64,000 bases of DNA. It comes from Pseudomonadales bacterium. GTDB lineage: Bacteria; Pseudomonadota; Gammaproteobacteria; Pseudomonadales; CAWVSB01. The stretch's first letter is position 1. Each line of letters opens with the position of its first letter. This document shows positions 1 through 12,988 of the stretch, piece after piece. The DNA is taken from positions 659,049-723,048 of the forward strand of contig JBALVY010000002.1 in the NCBI GenBank assembly GCA_036960375.1, read 5' to 3'. The translations under genes and the position numbers were made by a program. The notes under the pieces are model-generated. The model was not told where the DNA came from. It was given only the letters and a program-made list of their open reading frames with translations, and ran no database searches.

Positions 1-776
1 CGCGCAAAGATTGAGGCTTTTAGCGTTTGATGGCTGAGTTGTCCTGGCGCTTTGTGTTCCAGAATTGAAATTTGATGCAGTGCCTCATCAAATTTCTCTC
101 TTCGACTTAACGCATGAGCATAGTTATGTCGCGCTAGATTAAAATCCGGTGCTAACTCCAGACAGCGAGCGAGGAGTTCCTCTGCGTCATCATAGCTGCC
201 TCTCTGTATGCCTACATCGGCGAGTAAACGCATTGCACTTACGTCGTCGGGAAACTCTTGCAGATAATTTCGGCACAGGCGTTCTGCTATCGCCATTTTC
301 TTCTGGCCAAAGGCGTCAACGGCCTCAACCAACATGGGGTGGCGAGTGGAGTTCATTAATACGTGGTTCTGTGCTTCTTGTGCCTTTTCCGGCTCGTTAA
401 TGGCCAGGTAAAGCTCGTGTAGCAAATTCCACGCGGGGTTTAAAGATGCCTCTAACTTTACTGCCCTGGATAGACTGGCTATAGCGCCGGTAATATCTTG
501 TTGTCGGTACAGTGTCACCCCTAGTTCGTGCTGAGCCAGAGCGAAGTCCGGCCTTTCGTCACACAGCGATGTGATTAGCCCAAGAGCTTCGCCCTGCATG
601 CCGAGTTCCCGTAAGGCAATGGCTTTGATGAGAAGAGAGTTGGGTTCGTTGGGGTGTATCTTCTGGATTTCTTTCGCTTGTTCCAGCGCTTCTTTGAATG
701 CGCCGTGAGCGAGCATTTGTTGGCCGTTGCTTACAGCTTGGCGTAGATTTTCCTGAGCAGGCTCTGTTTTGGGCAT
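1..776 (-). CDS. TPR-repeat protein, N-terminal 258 codons; the gene continues past the left window edge. Paralog of the TPR-sulfotransferase at 10617..12635
   Basis: Absent from the ORF track because no stop lies inside the window. My hand translation of the minus strand from ATG 776..774 is stop-free down to position 3: MPKTEPAQENLRQAVSNGQQMLAHGAFKEALEQAKEIQKIHPNEPNSLL...DVSAMRLLADVG...CLELAPDFNLARHNYAHAL... The start region and the order of landmarks parallel the N-terminus of the 672-aa product of 10617..12635. Confidence 0.75.
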   Translation of the reverse strand, partial: MPKTEPAQENLRQAVSNGQQMLAHGAFKEALEQAKEIQKIHPNEPNSLLIKAIALRELGMQGEALGLITSLCDERPDFALAQHELGVTLYRQQDITGAIASLSRAVKLEASLNPAWNLLHELYLAINEPEKAQEAQNHVLMNSTRHPMLVEAVDAFGQKKMAIAERLCRNYLQEFPDDVSAMRLLADVGIQRGSYDDAEELLARCLELAPDFNLARHNYAHALSRREKFDEALHQISILEHKAPGQLSHQTLKASIFA

Positions 777-877
777 GGATTAACGTATTCTTGTCATGAT
801 TTGATACATATTGACATGGGTACGACACGAATGACAGACTGTAATTACTTATTCTGACTTGAAAATAAATAAACCAT

Positions 878-1810
878 ATGCGATCTCGTCTACCTCCACT
901 GAATGCCCTGCGCAGCTTTGAAGCCGCGGCGCGTAATGGCAGCTTTAAAGACGCTGCCAACGAGTTATATGTTTCTCACTCGGCAATAAGTCATCAAATT
1001 AAATCCCTTGAGCGGCATTTGGGGGTTGAGCTATTTGTGCGCAAGTCTCGGTCGGTAGAGTTAACTAAACAGGGTAAGATGTATTACCCCGTCATTCGTG
1101 ATGCCTTTGATCGAATTGCAGATAGCACTGAGCTCCTCCTGTCGCCAATGAAGGCCGACATACTGACCATTACGCTTTACTCTACCTTTGCTATTCGCTG
1201 GTTAATCCCCCGTATGCCGTCATTCTATGCGCGACATAAAGACATTCAGATACGATTGAATACCTCACAAATGGATGTGGATTTTTTGCATGACGATGTT
1301 GACCTGTGCGTAATGATCGGAAGCCCGGACGCCAGCGATCTACACTATGATTATTTGTTTTCCTCCGAAATGTATCCCGTATGTAGCCCTGCTCTATTGA
1401 CCCGCAATGAACCACTTAATGGGCCAGCAGATCTGGCTGCTCACACCTTGTTACAGGTTTATCCGTCTGACCGAGATTGGAGAGCCTGGATTCGGGCGCA
1501 TAAATTGGAAGATACATTGGACCCGAATTCGGGCTTACAGTTCGACAGTTATGATCATGCTCTCAGCACGGCAGTGCAAGGTATGGGCGTTGCCCTGGGC
1601 ATGCAGCCTTATATCGATCGAGATATTAAATCTGGCTATTTGGTTGAGGCCTTTCCCGGTGCCCGTGTAGCGGCTCCGGGTGAATGGTATCTGGTTTGTC
1701 GTAGAGATCGTGCTCGCAGTGAGAAAGTCTGTCATTTCCGAGATTGGTTGCAGGAGCAAATTATTGCGGATCCCGCTTTACATCGTGATCCGGCAAGAAT
1801 TTTGCAATAA
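878..1810 (+). CDS. LysR-family transcriptional regulator (GcvA-like)
   Basis: 310 aa. N-terminal winged HTH LPPLNALRSFEAAARNGSFKDAANELYVSHSAISHQIKSLE, followed by a LysR substrate-binding-type C-terminus. Divergent from the TPR gene. Confidence 0.9.
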   Translation: MRSRLPPLNALRSFEAAARNGSFKDAANELYVSHSAISHQIKSLERHLGVELFVRKSRSVELTKQGKMYYPVIRDAFDRIADSTELLLSPMKADILTITLYSTFAIRWLIPRMPSFYARHKDIQIRLNTSQMDVDFLHDDVDLCVMIGSPDASDLHYDYLFSSEMYPVCSPALLTRNEPLNGPADLAAHTLLQVYPSDRDWRAWIRAHKLEDTLDPNSGLQFDSYDHALSTAVQGMGVALGMQPYIDRDIKSGYLVEAFPGARVAAPGEWYLVCRRDRARSEKVCHFRDWLQEQIIADPALHRDPARILQ

Positions 1811-1822
1811 TATTTTTTCATT

Positions 1823-3403
1823 CTATTCAGTCAGAGGCGCCATTTTGACAGCGTCAATATCTATATCTCCTGATAAGGATTTCAAGGTGACGTAGGTTTT
1901 CCAGCTTCCCTCGGGTGCAGTAAGTACAACTGAGTGCTCTCTCCATTGATGATTTGCCACTAGAATATGTGATTGGGCGTTCTTGCGCTGATATAAACTC
2001 TGCTCTTCGAAGTCAGCGCCAATTTCAGCTTTGGCACCGGGGGAATTGCTGCGGATCATGAGGCTAAGTGTGTATTTTTGTTTGCCTTTGGTGGGGCCGG
2101 GCTCGAAGTCGCCTGTTGCATCTGTTCCTTGATGAACTTGTTCGCCAGGCTGCAGGCGAATGAAATAGGCTCCGTCTGCGGCATCGTCTGGGGCATGAAT
2201 CCGCTCCACGCCATCTTCATGGTAGCGCCAGCCAAATGCGGAAAACCCGGCCACGGCTGCATTTTCAAAACTGCCGTTGGTGACATCGAAATTGCGACCA
2301 AAACTATCAAAAACCTCAGCATCCTGAATCTTGCCGAAACCCAGATTGAGATTGATAATATGCTCCGCTAACAGCCGAGACTGACCTGCGTGCTCTATCA
2401 TCGAACCATGCCATAACTCCCATATCCAGGGGTAGAGCAAGACAGACACCTTACTATCGAGGCCGCTTATCACTTCTCGAGAGTAATTAGCCGGTTCTTG
2501 CAGGTCCCAGCCGTAGGCGTTCATTAAGACAATATGAGGTGAATCGCCGTAAACATCTCTTAACACCTTAATGACAGCGCGATAACGATCTTTGATGATG
2601 TCTACTTGATTGGGCCCCCGGACTTGACCGATATCATTTGCCCCTGCGTTAACCACAATTACCTGCGGAGCGAAACCGCTGCGGTAGCCAGGGATTTGGT
2701 GGTGCCAGTCCTGGGAGTAAATAAACGCCGTCACTGTATTGTGACCTGGCCCTGCGAGACGAGCGCCGCCATAAGCTTGCAAGTGCATCTCAGCCCCAAG
2801 CATGCGACTGGTCGTCGCGGGAAAGCCGTAGTAGCTACCCATATCTCCGGAGTTTTTCTCGCTGTACAGCGATGTGCCATCCATATTCGAGTCGCCAAAA
2901 AAAGCGATACGGAAATTCGGTCTGGGCGGCGGATTCAGAAGTTGGCCTTCCGAAATTTGTAAATTGTGAAATGTGGTCCTTTTACCGTAGAAGGTTTCTT
3001 TAAAGAGCTCAATTTTATGCGGCATATCCGAGGGTAGGCCAGCGGCGAGCACATAGCGGTGACGACCGGGCTTAACATGCAGCACTTGATCGTTAGGTTC
3101 CTCATCAATAATGACTCGAAATTGGTCTGCCGAGCCATGATTTTCCAGTTCGATACTAATATTTCCACCCGAGACTTGTACAGCGATACTGCTACCTTGC
3201 CATGCTATCCAGGGTGAATGGAGAGTGCTGTGGTTCCATCGGCCGGTATACCGAATGCGGGCGTCATCAGGCGAGATGGTCTCGGCAAATAGCCACTGAG
3301 AGAACGTAGTGATTAGTAATACTGTTGCAAGAATTCTTAGCATGTTGTCTTCATAAATATGAGTTTTGAATTGTAGTATTGATCGAAAACCGGGTGTAGA
3401 CAA
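1823..3403 (-). CDS. Exported SGNH/GDSL carbohydrate esterase (CE2-like layout) with a C-terminal CBM4/9-like module
   Basis: GDS block FFGDSNMDG and later VNAGANDI. An N-terminal beta-sandwich-like region precedes the hydrolase, and a C-terminal module starts NGSFENAAVAGFSAFGW. The track start at 3403 is TTG. The internal ATG at 3343 gives a clean signal peptide (MLRILATVLLITTFSQWLFAE) and is the likelier start. Confidence 0.75.
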   Translation of the reverse strand: MSTPGFRSILQFKTHIYEDNMLRILATVLLITTFSQWLFAETISPDDARIRYTGRWNHSTLHSPWIAWQGSSIAVQVSGGNISIELENHGSADQFRVIIDEEPNDQVLHVKPGRHRYVLAAGLPSDMPHKIELFKETFYGKRTTFHNLQISEGQLLNPPPRPNFRIAFFGDSNMDGTSLYSEKNSGDMGSYYGFPATTSRMLGAEMHLQAYGGARLAGPGHNTVTAFIYSQDWHHQIPGYRSGFAPQVIVVNAGANDIGQVRGPNQVDIIKDRYRAVIKVLRDVYGDSPHIVLMNAYGWDLQEPANYSREVISGLDSKVSVLLYPWIWELWHGSMIEHAGQSRLLAEHIINLNLGFGKIQDAEVFDSFGRNFDVTNGSFENAAVAGFSAFGWRYHEDGVERIHAPDDAADGAYFIRLQPGEQVHQGTDATGDFEPGPTKGKQKYTLSLMIRSNSPGAKAEIGADFEEQSLYQRKNAQSHILVANHQWREHSVVLTAPEGSWKTYVTLKSLSGDIDIDAVKMAPLTE

Positions 3404-3794
3404 TTGAAATAATGTTTCGCCGAGGTGAGAAAAATTATCATCGGCGGCTTGTCTAAGAGATCAAGTTCTGTAAATCTTGGGTTGGTCTGTATCAGATTTT
3501 ATTAGGCAACTATTTCATTTTTATTTTATAAATATGTATTTAAAGCAAACGCTTATCGACTTATGTGGGTCAGACGCAATCCACCGCCTTTGACTCGTGG
3601 CGCGCGCCGAAGTGCGCGTTCTTGGCTTAGGTTAGAAATTCTCATCTGGCACCAAGAAAACATCAATCAACCTTTCTTGTGCTGATTCATATGATTGACT
3701 ACTGTCTATACATCGCAAGGAAATTGCGAGGTTTGTGTTGTGGTTAATTAGCTGCGCCACAAACAACAAAAAAACAAAAAGTGGAGGTTAGGGT

Positions 3795-6209
3795 ATGAGG
3801 TACAAAATTCCGGGTTTAGCTATTAATCCTATTACGCGTGCGGTGGCCATTGCGACGGCTGCATCTATGGCAAGTTTCTCTGCATTTTCACAGAACGATA
3901 GCAATAGCCCGGTGGCGCTGGAAGAGGTGCTAGTGACGGCTACCAAGCGCGAGGTAAATCTTCAGGACGTGCCTCAAAGTATTCAAGCGTTTAACAATGA
4001 GCAAATTAAGAAGTTGGGATTTAGCAATATTCAGGATTATCAGAAAGCTATTCCCAGTATGGCAACAGTGAGTACATCGCCCGGGCGCAGTGAAGTGGTG
4101 TTTCGTGGAGTGAGTACCGGCACGGGGGAGTGGCGAGTCGACTCGGGTTCGGCAGTATATCTCGGTGAGATTCCCATGACTTCTGCGACCCAGTCGGTCG
4201 ATCCACGTTTGGTCGATATAGAGCGTGTTGAGGCGCTGCCAGGTCCGCAGGGCACCTTGTTTGGCTCCAGTTCCCAGTCGGGTGCTTTGCGTATACTGCC
4301 CAACCGTCCTGACCACTCTGGCGCCTACGGCTCAGTGGATGTCGGTGCGACTTATATGAAGGAGGGCGAGCCAGGTTATAAGTTAGAAGGTTGGGTAAAT
4401 ATACCTCTCATACAAGACAAATTGACAATGCGCGCGGTTTTGTTTGATTCAAAGACCGGTGGTTATATCGACAACGTCTACGGTACCAATATTTTTACTT
4501 CAGATGACAATGCCGATGTTGTTGAAGACGATTTTAACGATTGGTCCCAGACCGGTGGCAGGCTCGCTGTTTTATGGTCTATCAATGACGACTGGGACGC
4601 TGAGCTTATGTACATGAAGCAGAAGCAGACTTCTGAGGGTGATCCAAAATCGGACCCGAATACCGAAGGTCTTGGTGATCTTGAAATCGTCAGATTTCAT
4701 AAAGATGAGCGCACGGATGATTGGTGGACGGCCGGTCTCACTATTAAGGGCGATTTGGGCTTTGCAGAGCTGACATTGGCAACGGGTTATCTTGATCGTG
4801 AGATATATTACGAATTTGATTCAAATACCGAGGGGCAAATTCGCGCGCAGCGTGTACAGGACGGCTATTTCGGTGGTTTCTATTATAGTGTTTGGTATGA
4901 CACAAGTTTTCATGGCGAAACCGCCGTTAACGATCAGACCGCTGAACGTTTTACTCAGGAAATTCGACTGGCATCAATGGGTGAATCGCGCTTGCAATGG
5001 ATGGTAGGCGCATTCTATGAAGAGACGGATGACTGGTGGGATTATAGCTTTGCCCGCGTTGAAGACTTGCCCGATACAACTTTCGGTCAATATATTTTTT
5101 ATTGGTATGATTATCCAGAGTCCGATGACTGGTTTGCCGAAGAATACAAAGCGACAACCAAACAAATTGCGGTATTTGGCGAATTGAATTATGCCATTAC
5201 AGATGAGCTGTTAGTCACCGCTGGTGCGCGTTGGTTTGAATATGACCGGCAGCGGGAAGAACAAAAATTCTGGCCCCGTGGGAACGAATACGATAAGGAT
5301 ATCTATGACGGTAAAGACGACGACACATTATATAAGCTCGCCGTTAATTATAATATCAGCGACGATAAAATGATTTACGCTCTATATAGCGAAGGTTTTC
5401 GTTTAGGAGGTAGTAATTCGATAAAAAACCCGTCTTCAAGGCTACCTACATCCTACGGTCCTGATTCATTGGTTAATTACGAGGCAGGTCTCAAAAGTCA
5501 GTGGCTGGATAACAGTTTGCAACTGAATATTTCGATTTATTATATGGAGTGGGAGGATATTCAGCGCGGCATTACTGATCCGGATGATTGGGCTGCCAAC
5601 GGTACCGTCAATATGGGCGATGCAACAATTCAGGGCTTTGAGGCGACGTTTAGCTACCAGGCAACGTCAAATTTAAGATTCGATGCCTCCTATGCTAAAA
5701 GCGACTCTGAACTGAAAAATGACTATTATTACAGTGATATTATCGACGTAGAGCCCGGCAGCGGTGAAGATGAGCAATTGGGAGCGAAAGGCCAGGAGCT
5801 AGCGATAGCACCGCCAACTAAGTGGTGGGTAGGTGTTGAATATAACGTGCCGGGCATATTTGGCGCGGTCGATGGCTGGATAAGATATGACCACTCATGG
5901 CAGGAAGAAATGTATCACGACTGGTGGAATGCGATGAATGCGGAAACCGGTTACGGAGGCAAGAAGCTTATCGGAGATGCCAGCGAAGGCAGTTTGAAAT
6001 TGGGCCTGATTTCGCAGGATAGCTGGCGCTTGACCTTGAGTATCTGGAATATCTGGGATGATCGTAATGCTCAATGGGTTGACTCCAGCTCTGACGGCGA
6101 TTTTGGAGAAACTGGCACCTGGCCTGAAGTAGGGCGCTACGTCAACATGCCTGGATATAATCGGCCACGGGAAATTGAAGTAAGTTTCTCTAAAGACTTT
6201 AGCTGGTAA
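3795..6209 (+). CDS. TonB-dependent outer-membrane receptor
   Basis: 804 aa with a signal peptide. TonB-box/plug region ALEEVLVTATKREVNLQDVPQSIQ, a long beta-barrel and a terminal aromatic residue (..KDFSW). SD GTGGAGG lies upstream of the ATG. Confidence 0.9.
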   Translation: MRYKIPGLAINPITRAVAIATAASMASFSAFSQNDSNSPVALEEVLVTATKREVNLQDVPQSIQAFNNEQIKKLGFSNIQDYQKAIPSMATVSTSPGRSEVVFRGVSTGTGEWRVDSGSAVYLGEIPMTSATQSVDPRLVDIERVEALPGPQGTLFGSSSQSGALRILPNRPDHSGAYGSVDVGATYMKEGEPGYKLEGWVNIPLIQDKLTMRAVLFDSKTGGYIDNVYGTNIFTSDDNADVVEDDFNDWSQTGGRLAVLWSINDDWDAELMYMKQKQTSEGDPKSDPNTEGLGDLEIVRFHKDERTDDWWTAGLTIKGDLGFAELTLATGYLDREIYYEFDSNTEGQIRAQRVQDGYFGGFYYSVWYDTSFHGETAVNDQTAERFTQEIRLASMGESRLQWMVGAFYEETDDWWDYSFARVEDLPDTTFGQYIFYWYDYPESDDWFAEEYKATTKQIAVFGELNYAITDELLVTAGARWFEYDRQREEQKFWPRGNEYDKDIYDGKDDDTLYKLAVNYNISDDKMIYALYSEGFRLGGSNSIKNPSSRLPTSYGPDSLVNYEAGLKSQWLDNSLQLNISIYYMEWEDIQRGITDPDDWAANGTVNMGDATIQGFEATFSYQATSNLRFDASYAKSDSELKNDYYYSDIIDVEPGSGEDEQLGAKGQELAIAPPTKWWVGVEYNVPGIFGAVDGWIRYDHSWQEEMYHDWWNAMNAETGYGGKKLIGDASEGSLKLGLISQDSWRLTLSIWNIWDDRNAQWVDSSSDGDFGETGTWPEVGRYVNMPGYNRPREIEVSFSKDFSW

Positions 6210-6265
6210 TGTAGGGTCAGGTGGGTTGGGTCCTATTTTGGCCCCAGCAACTTATGTACTTTCAT

Positions 6266-6289
6266 CCACGGATGATCGCTCATCCGTGG
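6266..6289 (+). terminator. Hairpin downstream of the TBDR gene (10-bp perfect stem, 4-nt loop)
   Basis: CCACGGATGA-tcgc-TCATCCGTGG, 57 nt after the stop. The trailing sequence (GTTACTTCT) is only weakly T-rich. Confidence 0.55.
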
Positions 6290-6374
6290 GTTACTTCTAT
6301 ATCACGCGTACGGCCTGTAATAGGTTTAGGTGTCCTCGGTGCCCCCCTGCTTATTACACGACGTATTCTAGTGA

Positions 6375-9623
<3,249 letters not shown>

Positions 9624-9689
9624 TGGCTTGGAAGTTGGCAGTGCAGGCGCTAAGCTTGCACTTCACTTATCGGATAACAATAAGAAACC

Positions 9690-10610
9690 ATGACCAAATT
9701 AATTGCAACTTCCGTCGTACGTGGTAGCCAACAAGGTCAGAGCCACGGTGGTATTTACCTGATAGATTTGGCAAGCCAGAATGTCGTTCAGACAATGGAT
9801 TGGAATACCGCCGATATCGATTGGCAGGGGCGGGGCTGGGATCGAGGTTTGCGAGGAATCGCTTTCTATCGCGATACCGTCTTTATCGCTGCCAGTGATG
9901 AGCTGTTTGCTTATACTCCGGATTTTAAGCTAAAAGGCTCTTGGAAAAATCCGTATCTTAAACATTGTCATGAGATAAGCGTATATCAGGGCAGTGTTTT
10001 TCTTAGTTCTACGGCTTTTGATAGCATCCTCGCTTTTGATATTGAGAAAGAAGTGTTTCACTGGGCCTTGCATGTCGAAACTAATGGCTTTCGTTTCAAT
10101 GGCGAAGTTTACGACCCTATGGATGATGAGGGGCCGTTGGAATTAAACAAACTTCACATCAATAACGTTATGTCTAATGTTGATGGTATGTATATTTCTG
10201 GGCTGAAAACCGGCGGTATGCTGCATTTTAATGGCAAACAAGTAAATATGAGTGCGACACTACCTGCAGGTTCACACAACGCCCAGCCCTATAATGGTGG
10301 TGTATTGTTTAATGATACCAATGCTGATGTCGTGCGCTTTGCCAGCCCTACGCCGAAGCTGGACAAAGTATTTAAAGTACCCAAGTTTACCGCTGATCAA
10401 CTAACCGGGGTAAATCTTGATAATAGCAAGATTGCACGAGCCTCTTTTGGGCGCGGTTTGTGTATTGTCAAAGATGGCCTGATTGCGGCTGGTTCCTCGC
10501 CATCGACTATTGCGCTTCACGATTTGAATTCAGGTGAAACTGCTCTTTCGGTCACTATTTCGACGGATGTAAGGAACGCTATTCACGGCCTGGAAGTATG
10601 GCCATATTAG
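9690..10610 (+). CDS. Uncharacterised cytoplasmic protein, possibly beta-propeller-like
   Basis: 306-aa ORF with no signal peptide or TM segment. It has repetitive beta-strand-like blocks (IYLIDL, VFIAASDELFAY, VFLSSTAFDSILAFD, GMYISG, GVLFND). I cannot place it in a family from sequence alone. Confidence 0.5.
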   Translation: MTKLIATSVVRGSQQGQSHGGIYLIDLASQNVVQTMDWNTADIDWQGRGWDRGLRGIAFYRDTVFIAASDELFAYTPDFKLKGSWKNPYLKHCHEISVYQGSVFLSSTAFDSILAFDIEKEVFHWALHVETNGFRFNGEVYDPMDDEGPLELNKLHINNVMSNVDGMYISGLKTGGMLHFNGKQVNMSATLPAGSHNAQPYNGGVLFNDTNADVVRFASPTPKLDKVFKVPKFTADQLTGVNLDNSKIARASFGRGLCIVKDGLIAAGSSPSTIALHDLNSGETALSVTISTDVRNAIHGLEVWPY

Positions 10611-10616
10611 CTGATT

Positions 10617-12635
10617 TTAACCGCTGGCATTGATCACCTTGGCGGGTAGAGAATCGAGAATATCCTCCAAATCTTCCTGCCACGGTAGCATATTATCCCC
10701 GTACTTTTTCCATAAACCCAATGCCCCGGTATAAATGGGTTGTCTCACCTGTTCGGAGCTTGCCGTCTTTACTGCTCTGTCCGTTTCGTAAAACTTCAGG
10801 CATTGCTCTTCAAAGGGCAGGCCGCAATACTGCAGAATTTTCCGTACTTGATATTCCAGATCAGTGACGGTCTCTTCGTAATGAACGTCGAGAATTTGGC
10901 CAGGTAGCACGCTGTGCCAGTGATCCATAATGTCGACGTAGCAGCGATAGTATTCTGCGAGCTCGAACATTTCGTAGGTGAAGTTTTGGCCTTTTCCGAA
11001 CAGTTGCTTATAGGCGCCCAGGCAGCTGTCCATAGGGTGGCGGCGCGTATTGATGATTTTGGCATTGGGCAAAATAAGTTTTATCCAACCGATATGTGCA
11101 AAGTTGTTTGGCATCTTGTCGATAAAAAACGGCGTGCCATTGGTACGGTGCCTGGCAACTTGTTGCAGGTATTCTTTACCATAGGCTGCCCAGTCACGCT
11201 CGGTTAAGGTACTCATTGTTTCCGGGTACTTCATTTTGTCACTACGATACTTGCCAGTACTAGTTGCTATGGATTCCAGGTTGGGTAGTTCTGATGTACC
11301 CTCCACCTGGCTATGGCTGGCGAGTATCTGTTCTACCAAGGTAGAGCCAGATCGAGGCAAACCGACTATAAAAATAGGGTCTTTTGCATCATGTCCGACA
11401 ATCGTATGGCTACTGATGAATTCATGGTTGAAAGTACTTTTAATACGTTGCAGATATACTTCATGTTCCACTGGGTCGTAATCTATTAGTGGGCGTTGTA
11501 ACTGATTTCCCTTGTGATAGTTATCCCAGGCTCGCTTATAGTCTTTTTGATCCTCGTAGGCTTTACCCAGCGAGAAATGGAAATGTATTCTAGAAGACTC
11601 TGATAGTTCTGAATTCGCTAACTGATTTTCCATTGTCGATACTTCGTCGGATTCGAATCTAAATATTTTTAAATTCGCCATACTCCAATAGCTCTCTCCT
11701 AGCTCTGGTTTATATTTTATGGAATCTCTATAAGCAGAGATGGCCTCGGTTTGCCGACCGACAGTTTTGAGCGTATGAGCATAGGCCATATTGATGCCCG
11801 GAGAGTCGGGTTTGATTATCAGCGCTTTTTGGTAAGCCTCAAGGGCTTTTTCCACGTCCCCTGAGTGGGATAGCGACCTTCCCAGCCCAGACCAGGCGGT
11901 TTCTTCATCGGGCGTCAGTTTAACCAGCCGTTGATAAATTTCAATTGCGTCGGTCCACTTCCCATTGTCGACTAAAATCTGACCGAGATTAGATAAGGCT
12001 TGATGGAAGTCGGGCGCAATATCGGTGGCTCGACGCAATAATGCTTCCGCGTCAGAAAGTTTCTTCCCTTTACCCTGGTATACCAAAGCCAAGAACCGCA
12101 TGGCGTCGACATTTTTTGAGTTTTTTCGTAATGCTTTACGCAGGCAGTCTTCGGCTTCCTCTGTGCGGCCTGCTCGCCAGTGTTCAACTGCGATAGTTAC
12201 AAGGGCTGCGTCTTCATCATGGTCAAGATAGCTCTCAAGCGCAGAATCTACCTCCGTGTTCCTACCTGCGGCGACCAGTGCGTGAGCCAGCTTTTTGTGG
12301 ACTCCAGCAAGCCGCGGGTCCATTTGTATCGCTCTTTGAAAGCATTCAATGGCCGCGTCGTAGTCGCCTTTCATTGCGTGTAGACTGCCGAGATCTTCGT
12401 GAAGGGCAGGAAAATCCGGCGTTATGCTTATGGCGAAGCGAATTTCTTTTTCTGCCTCTTCCAGTCGGTTGAGCTTAATCAGTGCGTGAGCTAGTAACTG
12501 CAGGTGAGGCAAACTGGATGGATTCAATACCAGATGATCCCGGCAGATGGTTTCGGCTAACTCTGGTCTGCCGGCCTGCATTTGTGATACGGCACCCGTA
12601 ATTGTTTCTTGGGCTGTGTGTTCCGGAGCGGTCAT
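10617..12635 (-). CDS. TPR-repeat protein fused to a PAPS-dependent sulfotransferase domain
   Basis: 672 aa. The N-terminal ~370 aa form a TPR array. The C-terminal domain carries the 5'-PSB loop IVGLPRSGSTLVEQILASH and a 3'-PB-like block NTRRHPMDSCLGAY. There is no signal peptide. Confidence 0.85.
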   Translation of the reverse strand: MTAPEHTAQETITGAVSQMQAGRPELAETICRDHLVLNPSSLPHLQLLAHALIKLNRLEEAEKEIRFAISITPDFPALHEDLGSLHAMKGDYDAAIECFQRAIQMDPRLAGVHKKLAHALVAAGRNTEVDSALESYLDHDEDAALVTIAVEHWRAGRTEEAEDCLRKALRKNSKNVDAMRFLALVYQGKGKKLSDAEALLRRATDIAPDFHQALSNLGQILVDNGKWTDAIEIYQRLVKLTPDEETAWSGLGRSLSHSGDVEKALEAYQKALIIKPDSPGINMAYAHTLKTVGRQTEAISAYRDSIKYKPELGESYWSMANLKIFRFESDEVSTMENQLANSELSESSRIHFHFSLGKAYEDQKDYKRAWDNYHKGNQLQRPLIDYDPVEHEVYLQRIKSTFNHEFISSHTIVGHDAKDPIFIVGLPRSGSTLVEQILASHSQVEGTSELPNLESIATSTGKYRSDKMKYPETMSTLTERDWAAYGKEYLQQVARHRTNGTPFFIDKMPNNFAHIGWIKLILPNAKIINTRRHPMDSCLGAYKQLFGKGQNFTYEMFELAEYYRCYVDIMDHWHSVLPGQILDVHYEETVTDLEYQVRKILQYCGLPFEEQCLKFYETDRAVKTASSEQVRQPIYTGALGLWKKYGDNMLPWQEDLEDILDSLPAKVINASG

Positions 12636-12988
12636 AGGAATGATGAGTGAACTCGTTTTGGTCTATTTATGATGTTATATGATGTCACGGCAGGGCGAGT
12701 GATGACAACCGGCTCAATGTAATGTTAAGTGATATATATTCAACAGCGCGTGAATAATTAAGAGATAGTTGGCTAAGTGGTCATCTACCACAGCTAGATT
12801 ATGTGGCTATCTTAGCCAAATATCTCAAGCAAAAGGAAGGTACTCTCGATAGATGCGACTAGAAAGTATTTTAGTATCTTATAAATAAGATTATAGTGAT
12901 TGTCTAAAAAATGTACGGCGCTCACTGGCGTCCATAATAATAGTCAGCATATGAATGCGGCATAATAATCGCGGAGCAGGTGAATAAC

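Noticed and set aside
559-960. 133-aa minus-strand track ORF spanning the TPR gene start and the LysR gene start
   Set aside because: It is out of frame with the much longer, motif-bearing TPR reading frame (1..776) and overlaps the LysR start. Its Arg/Ser/Ala-rich composition resembles no family I know. The same applies to the plus-strand ORF 149..400, which is antisense to the TPR gene.
6210-6217. Third occurrence of TGTAGGGT directly after a stop codon (TBDR gene), resembling the start of the 65-nt element
   Set aside because: There is no similarity beyond the 8-mer. An 8-mer is expected about twice by chance in 64 kb on both strands.
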